Origin: Thermoplasmata archaeon
Lineage (GTDB): Archaea > Thermoplasmatota > Thermoplasmata > GCA-020350865
Length of the DNA stretch: 64,000 nucleotides
NCBI GenBank assembly: GCA_020348445.1
Contig: CP070751.1
Span: forward strand, 1 to 64,000
Direction of reading: 5' to 3'
The notes under the pieces: generated by a model
Databases searched by the model: none
Told to the model about the DNA's origin: nothing
The model's input: only the letters and a program-made list of their open reading frames with translations
Shown: positions 27,710 to 35,839 of the stretch, piece by piece
Layout: the number at the start of each line of letters is the position of its first letter
Numbering within the stretch: the first letter of the stretch is position 1
Translations under genes and position numbers: made by a program

Positions 27710-29512
27710 TTACTCCCAATCCAAAAGTCTGTTTTCACCCTCAAGTTTTTTGATGTCAGTTACATCCTGCGAGACTTCAAGGGTGCCCTTGTAAATACCC
27801 TCAGAATCCCTCACAGCAAAATATCTAATATGTATGAACTTACCATCCAACTGCAGCCAGAACTCGGCAACGTCCTTGTAACCTGCCTTGAATTGATTTA
27901 GTATTTTTTGGACGGTATCCACGCTCTTTGAGGGATGGCATTTCTGAACCTTCCTTCTGATCACTGCGGGACTTCTTGGGAAGATCCTCTCCTTGGTTGC
28001 AGAATAATACGCAACCCTATCAGTCTCATCAACAAAAGAAATATCCACTGGGAGATGAGTCAGTATCAAATCGATCTGCTCCTTGGATAGAGCGCCTGTA
28101 GCCAGAGGTATCTTCTGCTCTTTAACAGGTATTTCCAGTATTTGCACCTCTTTTGGCATTTCAAAATCCTCAGGTGGCCATTTCTCCTCAGGTTCAACCC
28201 AGGCATAACCTATCTCCTCTTCACCAGATCGCACCTTTGTCCACTCTGATTGGGATAGTTGTTCAAGACTCATGGGAAACAGTATGTGCTCCTCCTTGTA
28301 GATCATCTCCCGGGTTGTTGGGATCAATTCCTTTAACGTCTTCACAAGTGCGGTGGGTTCCTCCTGGGATAACAGCTCACTTGCCTTTTTTAGCAATGTC
28401 CTTACATCATCATGTATTCCCCACATGACCTGTGAAGGTCCTGAGACATCATGGGACTCAAGCATCGGAAACAGCTGGTTCTCCTTTCTCAGATAATGAT
28501 AGTCGATCTTGGCAAAGCTTTCAAGTAATCTCCCCAGTCCTCCACGACAGTCCAAAAATACAGTCTCATTTGGAGGATCCCCCAGCCTTTTCAGCATCTC
28601 CTCGATTTCATCCATGATCTTTTCAGCTTCCCTGTTCTCCTTCATGAATGTGTGAACAGGGTGACCTGGGGGTGCAGTTGGAATCTCTTTTTTATCAAGC
28701 GATTCCTTGAAAATCTCAACATGAACATCACAAAGTCTCTTTACTTCTTCCTCGGGAATACCCTCATCAATCAATTGTTGCTCCATCTTTGATATCTCGG
28801 AGGGATCGACATCCTTTATGAGCTCTCTGAATTTATTCTTCAGAACATTCATGTCCTCCCCTTCATGAACCCCCCTTATGATTTCCTTTAGAACCTCCTG
28901 CCTTTTATCAGATTCTACTAACTGTTCTTTGGGTTCCTCAAAAGGTTCTTTAGGTTCTTCAAAAGGCTCTTTAGGTTCCTCAATAGGTTCCCTAGGTTCC
29001 TCAAAAGGTTCCTTGGGCTCCTCAATATGTTCTTTGGATTCCTCAATAGGTTCCTTGGGCTCCTCAAAAGGTTCTTCAAAAGGTTCTTTGGGCTCTTCAA
29101 AAGGTTCTTTGGGTTCCTCAAAAGGTTCTTTAGGTTCTTCAAAAGGTTCTTTGGGTTCCTCACCAGGCTCCTTGGGCTCCTCAAAAGGTTCCTTGGGTTC
29201 TTCAAAAGGTTCCCTAGGTTCTTCAAAAGGTTCCTTGGGCTCTTCAACAGTTTCTTTGGAAAATTCAACCTTAATAACAAGCTCTTCGTTTGTCTTCTCC
29301 AAAACCTCCCGTGCGATCTCATTCATAAGCAGGTTAAGTTCGATTTTACCCATGGATGCTACTTTTTCCAATGTGGCAACCTTGGCCATGGTCTTACGTA
29401 AGATACGGCTCTTCAATTGTCGTAAGTCAGGCGAAAGTTCGGCTAAAAAATCCACCAGAAAAGGATATCTGCTCAATAGAACATCAAGTTTGGTATTAGC
29501 GTCAATTTTCAT
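27710..29512 (-). CDS. DUF438 protein (DUF1858 - repeat linker - DUF438 - hemerythrin-like - PAS_10)
   Basis: EIKRLCDVH-like VKRLCDVH, GHPVHTF..EN, HYLRKENQLFP, VMWGIHD, KEEHILFP, CHP..S..TV. Confidence 0.9.
   Translation of the reverse strand: MKIDANTKLDVLLSRYPFLVDFLAELSPDLRQLKSRILRKTMAKVATLEKVASMGKIELNLLMNEIAREVLEKTNEELVIKVEFSKETVEEPKEPFEEPREPFEEPKEPFEEPKEPGEEPKEPFEEPKEPFEEPKEPFEEPKEPFEEPFEEPKEPIEESKEHIEEPKEPFEEPREPIEEPKEPFEEPKEPFEEPKEQLVESDKRQEVLKEIIRGVHEGEDMNVLKNKFRELIKDVDPSEISKMEQQLIDEGIPEEEVKRLCDVHVEIFKESLDKKEIPTAPPGHPVHTFMKENREAEKIMDEIEEMLKRLGDPPNETVFLDCRGGLGRLLESFAKIDYHYLRKENQLFPMLESHDVSGPSQVMWGIHDDVRTLLKKASELLSQEEPTALVKTLKELIPTTREMIYKEEHILFPMSLEQLSQSEWTKVRSGEEEIGYAWVEPEEKWPPEDFEMPKEVQILEIPVKEQKIPLATGALSKEQIDLILTHLPVDISFVDETDRVAYYSATKERIFPRSPAVIRRKVQKCHPSKSVDTVQKILNQFKAGYKDVAEFWLQLDGKFIHIRYFAVRDSEGIYKGTLEVSQDVTDIKKLEGENRLLDWE
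28919..29245 (-). repeat. In-frame 21-nt tandem repeat encoding (EEPKEPF) x15 plus one 4-aa partial unit
   Basis: 327 nt counted directly; units vary at codon level. Confidence 0.95.
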
Positions 29513-29581
29513 TTTTTACCCCCCTGTAATCCAAGCCTACATCGAATAGGAAAATATAAATGTAATGGCCAAATTTGGGCT

Positions 29582-30586
29582 CTACCTAAGATATTGACCG
29601 CAAGTTTTGCATTTGGATTCATGCTCCAGATTGACTGTTTGACAGCTTGGACATTTTACATAACCCACTGGGACAACTGCTGAATCATCCCCCTTTGGTA
29701 TTTGCTGTTCATAATCCATATCTCTTTTATACCGAGGTTGCGGGCTCTGATATGTGGGATAATGACCTCCTGAATCTTGATATGTGTGTGGAGGTGTTAC
29801 CTCCATTAGGTCAGACGGTATTATATTGACCTGTCCTGTCGTGGCATACCGATAGAGGGCCGCGGTAAGCACTCCCTGGGCTGCTGTGGAAATGCAGAAA
29901 AGAACTATGAAATAGACTATCCCCACACTCAGGCCCACCCAAATCCAAATTCCGCCTGCCATGATCCCCAAGACGATTGGAATCACTCCTAAAAGACCGA
30001 ATAAGAAGAAGATTATTCCCAGGCCAAAGGAGGATATAAACGTCTCTCCCCATGTATCCTTGAAAACATGGGCACTTCTTTTGACGGCTTTAAAAACTGA
30101 TACCTTCTCATATATCAAAACAGGTATTATAAAGAAAGTGGCCATGGTCCACGCAAATCCAATTAATGAGATCATGATTCTTCCCAGGGCATCCATTCTT
30201 TCTTCAAGTGCCCTTAATATCAAACCAACTGTTGCGGCAAGTACTGCCCACCCCAGTATTCCCTTTATATTTTCATTGGCGATTCTAAAACCGTCTTTTA
30301 AGGTGGGGTCGCCGCCCTGTAACCTAATGGTAGCGCATCCGATCACAGCGGTATTGAAATATATTCCAATAAAATAAAGTATAAAATAGAGCAAAATAAA
30401 CAATACCACCATTAGGATACCATTTGAAAGGAAAAGACCTGTAAAAAAGATGCCCAGGATAAATGTCATTCCTATCACTGCCATAACTATACCTGCTATC
30501 AGAGGAAACAGCAGTATTTCCTTATCCTTTCTTATGACACCCAAGCTGATTTTCATGAGCTCCCAACTACGACCAAATCGACCCAT
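29582..30586 (-). CDS. Polytopic membrane protein (DUF6159-like) with C-terminal zinc ribbon
   Basis: About six TM segments, S..L.K.S..V...DKE.L.FP, F.IP....E, tail CPSC..CKTC. Confidence 0.7.
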   Translation of the reverse strand: MGRFGRSWELMKISLGVIRKDKEILLFPLIAGIVMAVIGMTFILGIFFTGLFLSNGILMVVLFILLYFILYFIGIYFNTAVIGCATIRLQGGDPTLKDGFRIANENIKGILGWAVLAATVGLILRALEERMDALGRIMISLIGFAWTMATFFIIPVLIYEKVSVFKAVKRSAHVFKDTWGETFISSFGLGIIFFLFGLLGVIPIVLGIMAGGIWIWVGLSVGIVYFIVLFCISTAAQGVLTAALYRYATTGQVNIIPSDLMEVTPPHTYQDSGGHYPTYQSPQPRYKRDMDYEQQIPKGDDSAVVPVGYVKCPSCQTVNLEHESKCKTCGQYLR

Positions 30587-30733
30587 TTGATCACCTCGAT
30601 GTTATAAATTCAATTTTTAATCAAGACCCAAATCCAATTTATCTATAATAAATATATTGTTATTATTATCGTCGTGAACTTAAAGTGCAAATGTAGGTTC
30701 ATAAGAGCAGAATGTCAACGGGCAAATCAGTAT

Positions 30734-31657
30734 CTATCCTTCTAATATGTCTCCTTTTACGCCAATTGTGTAATCCTTTACTGGGATATCTTTGCCTGAA
30801 TCTCCAATGGCATCCTGAATCAGCTTCACAAGACCAAAGCAGCACAGAACCTCCATATGAGCAACTGTTATGGATTTTATATTGTTGACCTTAAGAATCT
30901 GGGCGATCTTCTCCCTATAGAATGCGTAGTCATCCAATTTAGGACAGCCTACAAGCAGTATCTTGTCTTTCAAGAAACCATTGTGGAAATCGGGGTATGC
31001 AAAGGGAACGCAGTCAGCAGCAATCAAAAGATCAGCATCTTTAAAATACGGTGCATTTGGAGGAACCAACATGATCTGAACGGGCCACTGTCTCAGCTGG
31101 GATACTCCTTTAGGAACTACCTTTGTAACCTCCTCAACGCATTCCTCTTCTTCTTTTCTAAGATCCATAACTGCAGATCCTAGACATCCGCAGGGAAGTG
31201 TATCCTCCTTCTTTTCTTCCCGAAGGTCCATCACAGCTGAGCCCGGGCATCCGTGGACTCCACCTTGAGAAGGGGCAGGCTCCTCTTTGGGCTCTTCCCC
31301 AAGTTGCGGAACCTCCATAATGTTCTCCTTTAGGTAGTCTATTGCCTGGTTCAAATATTCAGTTTGACCGTGTTCTTTGAGATGCACAAGATGAGCCTCA
31401 ATAACATTGGGTCCCTCCTTTACAACATTAGCCATGACCTTTTTCTCATCGTACTCCTCGGCCTCTCTTTCCTCAATTGAAATGGCATCAACTGGGCAGT
31501 GGCCAATGCAGGCTCCAAGCCCATCACAGAATAAATCTGAAATTATTCTTGCCTTGTCATCAATAATTTGAAGAGCTCCTTCGGGACAGTTGGGAATACA
31601 ATCTCCGCAGCCCGTACAAGTATCCTCATCGATCTTGATTATCTGTCTTTTTACCAT
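30734..31657 (-). CDS. 4Fe-4S ferredoxin-domain protein with C-terminal Cys domain
   Basis: CTGCGDCIPNCP, CDGLGACIGHCP, LRQWPVQ, ADC, GCPKLD, MEVLCC. Confidence 0.88.
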   Translation of the reverse strand: MVKRQIIKIDEDTCTGCGDCIPNCPEGALQIIDDKARIISDLFCDGLGACIGHCPVDAISIEEREAEEYDEKKVMANVVKEGPNVIEAHLVHLKEHGQTEYLNQAIDYLKENIMEVPQLGEEPKEEPAPSQGGVHGCPGSAVMDLREEKKEDTLPCGCLGSAVMDLRKEEEECVEEVTKVVPKGVSQLRQWPVQIMLVPPNAPYFKDADLLIAADCVPFAYPDFHNGFLKDKILLVGCPKLDDYAFYREKIAQILKVNNIKSITVAHMEVLCCFGLVKLIQDAIGDSGKDIPVKDYTIGVKGDILEG

Positions 31658-32027
31658 CTAATTCACTCCTTCTTTCACAGTATTTTTTAATCTTTTCCAT
31701 ATACTCCTTCATTTTCTTCTCTTCATCCTCAGTTCTTTTTTTATCCTCTCTTGTAGCTTCTTTAGCCTTCATATATTTGGTATAAGCCTCCTCCCCAACA
31801 CATTCTTTTCCATAATCGCACCATTCGATGCAAGTTGGAACTTCTTCCTTTAGGACATTGCTCCCGCACACCTGACATTTACGTGAGAATTCGTGGGTCC
31901 ATATCTCAACCTCAGCACCGCATTTTCCGCATTTGAAGAACTCGGGAATGGGTTCTTTTATTCTCGAGGCGCCGGGGCACGAGAATTGCGTCAATTTATT
32001 GCTCATCTCCTTTTGTATTGGGTTCAT
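31626..32027 (-). CDS. Cys-rich putative metal-binding protein with charged helical tail
   Basis: CPG...CGKC...CQVC...CIEWC...C. Confidence 0.7.
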   Translation of the reverse strand: MNPIQKEMSNKLTQFSCPGASRIKEPIPEFFKCGKCGAEVEIWTHEFSRKCQVCGSNVLKEEVPTCIEWCDYGKECVGEEAYTKYMKAKEATREDKKRTEDEEKKMKEYMEKIKKYCERRSELDGKKTDNQDR

Positions 32028-32196
32028 ATCTTGGCTTTTTACATTGCACTAGGACATAATATAAACACTATAATATATATAGGTTGTTGCTATACTTAAT
32101 AGGCATTATAATTCATCAATCTATTACATATAATCTATTATCCAATATTATATGGGGTTTTCGAATATTTTCCAACACCCGCCATACCAGGGATTC

Positions 32197-32931
32197 TTAA
32201 ACGAGTCTCTCATCCACGAGGGTCAGGAGATTCACGACCTCGATATCTGCACCTATAAGGTCACGCCCGAAATTTAAGGACCGCTCACAGAAAGGGCAGG
32301 CCGTGACAATAACTGAGGCACCTAATGATTGGGCTTCTTTTACTATCAAGTAAGACATGGAATCTGCAAGGTCCTTGTTCAGGGCTCTCAAACCTCCACC
32401 TGATCCGCAGCAGAGTGCCTTTTCCCCGTGGTATGAAAGCTCTTTGAGTTTCAGGTTCGGGATTTTATTTAGTATCTCGCGGGGCTCCTTTACAACACCC
32501 AATCCCTTGGCAAGGTGACATGAGTCATGGTAGGTCACAGTGATTGGATTTGGATTCTCGAAATTCATTTTGTCAAGGTTCTGGGATAGAAATTGGGTCA
32601 CATGAAGGGGCTTTTTATCTAGGTCATATTGCTTGGTGAATATCTGAGTGCACCCCGGACATGGTGAAACCAACTGGGAATCACCTTCTGTTTCACTTTT
32701 TATTACTGGTTCCATTTTAGCCTTGTTTTCTTCTGCAACATCAGAAAGTCCTATTCCCCAGAGAGTTGAAGCGCAGCAGGAGTTCTGATTGTCATCCTTG
32801 TCAATCACGTCGAATTTGAGGTTCATTTTTTCAAGAACAGATTGCAAGGATTTCATGGTGTTGTCAAAATAGTACCGCGTTGTGCATCCGTGCCACAGCT
32901 TTATTGAGTTTCCATTATCAGGGCCTGCCAT
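32197..32931 (-). CDS. CCG-domain Fe-S oxidoreductase subunit (LutA/GlpC/HdrB-like)
   Basis: HGC, CCA, CPGC, YHDSCH, CCGSGGG, ACPFC. Confidence 0.88.
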   Translation of the reverse strand: MAGPDNGNSIKLWHGCTTRYYFDNTMKSLQSVLEKMNLKFDVIDKDDNQNSCCASTLWGIGLSDVAEENKAKMEPVIKSETEGDSQLVSPCPGCTQIFTKQYDLDKKPLHVTQFLSQNLDKMNFENPNPITVTYHDSCHLAKGLGVVKEPREILNKIPNLKLKELSYHGEKALCCGSGGGLRALNKDLADSMSYLIVKEAQSLGASVIVTACPFCERSLNFGRDLIGADIEVVNLLTLVDERLV

Positions 32932-32932
32932 C

Positions 32933-34144
32933 TCAATCACCCCTTCCATAAGGATTTCCAAAGGTCCTTACATTCTCAGCAATAGTCATGTGCTTTTTAG
33001 GGGCGAGGTTTTCCGCAACTGCATTGTTACGGATGTTTAAAAGAAAATCAGGCAGGGGAATTCCCAGGGGACATGCGATCTCGCAGTTTCCGCATAAGGA
33101 GCAGTTGTACAGTCCCTCTGAAACTGATTGCTCAACACCTGAAGTGAAATTCAGAAGCACAAGTTCCCTTGGGGTTCGATACTCCCCCTCCTTCATAAAA
33201 AGGGATCTGGGACAGACTGAGCCGCAGGCTCGGCAGTTGATGCACTGTAGGAACTCCGAGAACTCACCAGCCACAAGATCCGATCTTCCATTGTCCAAAA
33301 TGATCACGTGGAGGTTGTTTTCCAAAGTGCCTGTTGTTTTAGAGAACTTTTTTGGGAGTTCATCAACATGAACCTTCTGAAACTCAGTGTCGTAGGAAAG
33401 TATCCCAAGAAGCAGGCTCGGAAGACCGAACATCCCGGACGCCCGAGAAATGTATTTGGCCTGTTCAGAATCATTTACTATCTTTTCCAGGCTCACTACC
33501 AAAATCGTCTCTTTGGACTGCGATATCAGACTTGAGATGTTGTTGAAGTGCTGGACAAAGAAGAAGCTTCCGTCCTTTGAGGATACAGAATTTGCACCGA
33601 TGAGAGAGGCAAACTCAAGTGGTTTTTTGTACTTGATTTTAAAAATGTCAAAGGATTTCCAGATATGATCCTCAGATATTTTAGGAATTTCCCATAAATC
33701 AAGATGCTTGGCATCTTCGATCTCTTTCTGGCTTGCATGGTACGTATCAAATACTGTAATGTCCTTGGGAAGGTCCCCTATGATCTCCTTTACAACTGAA
33801 GAATTGTTGATGCAAACATTCTTTAGATCGGCTTTTGTCAGCACCTTTTGAATATAAGAAGCTGCATCTGAAGAGGTCTTGGCATTGTAGGTGTCGATTC
33901 CTTTTCCCTGCAAAAAAAATGTGAGATTTTTTACATTTGATTCGAGATTTTTTAGGCTCGTCTCTCTTATAGATTTTAACTGCTTCTTGATTTCTTCAAT
34001 ATCTATTTCCTGATAATCCTTGTCATCCAACTTCCTTAGCTTGGAATAAATGAAGTGCTCTCTTATAAGATTGGCAGAAGGCTCTAAAACGTGGATGGGT
34101 ATTCTTGTTTTCTGTGACTGTGAGTCTGATTTGCTTTTATTCAA
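32933..34144 (-). CDS. LUD-domain / 4Fe-4S protein (LutB-like)
   Basis: LHVIILDNGR..CINCRACGSVCP, CSLCGNCEIACP. Confidence 0.8.
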   Translation of the reverse strand: MNKSKSDSQSQKTRIPIHVLEPSANLIREHFIYSKLRKLDDKDYQEIDIEEIKKQLKSIRETSLKNLESNVKNLTFFLQGKGIDTYNAKTSSDAASYIQKVLTKADLKNVCINNSSVVKEIIGDLPKDITVFDTYHASQKEIEDAKHLDLWEIPKISEDHIWKSFDIFKIKYKKPLEFASLIGANSVSSKDGSFFFVQHFNNISSLISQSKETILVVSLEKIVNDSEQAKYISRASGMFGLPSLLLGILSYDTEFQKVHVDELPKKFSKTTGTLENNLHVIILDNGRSDLVAGEFSEFLQCINCRACGSVCPRSLFMKEGEYRTPRELVLLNFTSGVEQSVSEGLYNCSLCGNCEIACPLGIPLPDFLLNIRNNAVAENLAPKKHMTIAENVRTFGNPYGRGD

Positions 34145-34610
34145 AATTTAAACCTCCATATCATCATTCCAATAATTTCTTCTTTAGAATATCGTCAATA
34201 GTCTAATAATTTTTCTATGCCATCTTGTTTGATAAACTCTACTTATTCATAATAACAAAAATAGAGAAAATAGGAGGGGGGAAAAGAGAGAATTTATCAT
34301 TCACATTAGTTGGGGCATCCAACAGAGAACATCAAATAACATCTGGGTAGATATGGGGTATCTAAATAGATCGACATCCAATAATTTAAGGGAGTGGTTC
34401 CCTCAACTCCCCCTCCATAGGGTAGAGCGTTTTTTTCCAAAGGATCCTCAAATTCTCTCTGAAACATTAAATGACATCTCTTAGAACACTAAACGAGGTT
34501 ATAATATATATAGATACCTAAAATACTATATTTGAGTATATGTTGCATTACCTATATATTATCGTTAATTATTTATATTACCAACGTTATTACGCGATTT
34601 CAGGGATAAA

Positions 34611-35174
34611 ATGAAAATCGATAAAAAGGACAGAGTCATAATCTCGATGTACGCTGAAAATCCAGATGTTTCACAGGAAGAAATTGCTAAGAAAATAAGC
34701 CTCTCTCAGCCTTCTGTTGCCATGAGAATAAAGAAGCTTAAAGAAAATGGAGCAATAGAAACTCAGACAGGAATCAATCCCTTGAAGATGGGTTTGTACA
34801 TGGCAAAGGTGGATATCTCATCCAACGATCCTGCTGAGATACTTAGAATGTTTAAGAACTGCCCTTATTTTGCAAACGGATTTTCAATATCTGGAAAAAG
34901 TAATTTATGTTTGTTCTTCGTCAGTGAGAGTATAGCAACTTTGGAGGCAATAATAAATGGCCATGTGAGACCTAATAAGTCAGTTACAGACGTTGATTTC
35001 AATATCGTCATTGCAACTGAAAAGGACTTCGTAGTTCCCAGTATTTTGACCCCTGAAAAATCTGAAAAACCTCCCTGCGGAATTCTGGTTCAATGCAGAA
35101 ATTGTCAGTCCTTCAAAGAAGATAAATGCCTTGGCTGTCCTGCAACTGGAACCTACAAAGGCTGGTTCTACTAA
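34611..35174 (+). CDS. Lrp/AsnC transcriptional regulator with C-terminal Cys cluster
   Basis: N-terminal HTH (SQEEIAKKISLSQPSVAMRIKKL), RAM-like domain, C-x5-C-x2-C-x7-C-x2-C tail. Confidence 0.88.
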   Translation: MKIDKKDRVIISMYAENPDVSQEEIAKKISLSQPSVAMRIKKLKENGAIETQTGINPLKMGLYMAKVDISSNDPAEILRMFKNCPYFANGFSISGKSNLCLFFVSESIATLEAIINGHVRPNKSVTDVDFNIVIATEKDFVVPSILTPEKSEKPPCGILVQCRNCQSFKEDKCLGCPATGTYKGWFY

Positions 35175-35179
35175 CAAAA

Positions 35180-35839
35180 TTAATCTATTTTTCTTTCCAC
35201 ACATTCAACAGTTTGGCATAAGCTGTCGTATGCAGCCTTGTAACCCAGATCAAATGCTTTGAGGTTCACATCCAGGGCTTTTTTAGGAACAGATTCGGCC
35301 ACGCTTTCTTTTAGGACCTCTGCATCCAGAGGAAATGATTTTAATGCAGACAACGCTCCAATAAAAACCACGTTCTCGGTTAAAGGATTTCCAGCCTCTT
35401 TGGCAAGATCAAGAGCGGGAAGGGGGGCAATATTTTGGGTAATCACATTTAACTTCTCTTTGATTTCATCAAATTTTATAAAATCTGTGCGTTTTTCCTT
35501 GGATAGTTGTGCAACCTCAATTGGAGGATTTATCACCCTTTTATTAAGAATTATCACACCGTCATCCTTAAGATATTCGAGGTACCTCAAAGCTTCCACT
35601 GCCTCCAAGGATATGAGGGCATCGGCTTCACCATAAGGTATCAGAGGTGAAAGATTGTCTTTCCCGATTCTCATGTGAATGTATATGGTGCCGCTGCGCT
35701 GGGAAAGGCCGTGCAGCTCTCCAGTTCTTGCCTCTAAATCTGCCTTGGCACAGCCGCGGCCTATTATATTTGAAAGCAGGACTATTCCCTGACCACCAAC
35801 TCCGCAGATCACGAGATCGAATGAGGAATCTTGGCTCAT
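35180..35839 (-). CDS. iorB: Indolepyruvate:ferredoxin oxidoreductase beta subunit
   Basis: GVGGQGIV, HGLSQRSG, NLKAFDLG. Confidence 0.93.
   Translation of the reverse strand: MSQDSSFDLVICGVGGQGIVLLSNIIGRGCAKADLEARTGELHGLSQRSGTIYIHMRIGKDNLSPLIPYGEADALISLEAVEALRYLEYLKDDGVIILNKRVINPPIEVAQLSKEKRTDFIKFDEIKEKLNVITQNIAPLPALDLAKEAGNPLTENVVFIGALSALKSFPLDAEVLKESVAESVPKKALDVNLKAFDLGYKAAYDSLCQTVECVERKID

Noticed and set aside
21230-27775. Direct repeats as CRISPR repeats or IS ends
   Set aside because: Spacing is 1-5 kb, the sequence is a protein-coding 3' end, and there are no terminal inverted repeats or transposase
28919-29245. Possible CRISPR array
   Set aside because: Units are contiguous, in-frame and lack unique spacers; no cas genes in the window
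28878-29549. Long alternative-frame ORFs (SSKGSLG, LLKNPKN, FFKRFFG repeats)
   Set aside because: Shadow frames kept open by the stop-free 21-nt repeat inside the DUF438 gene
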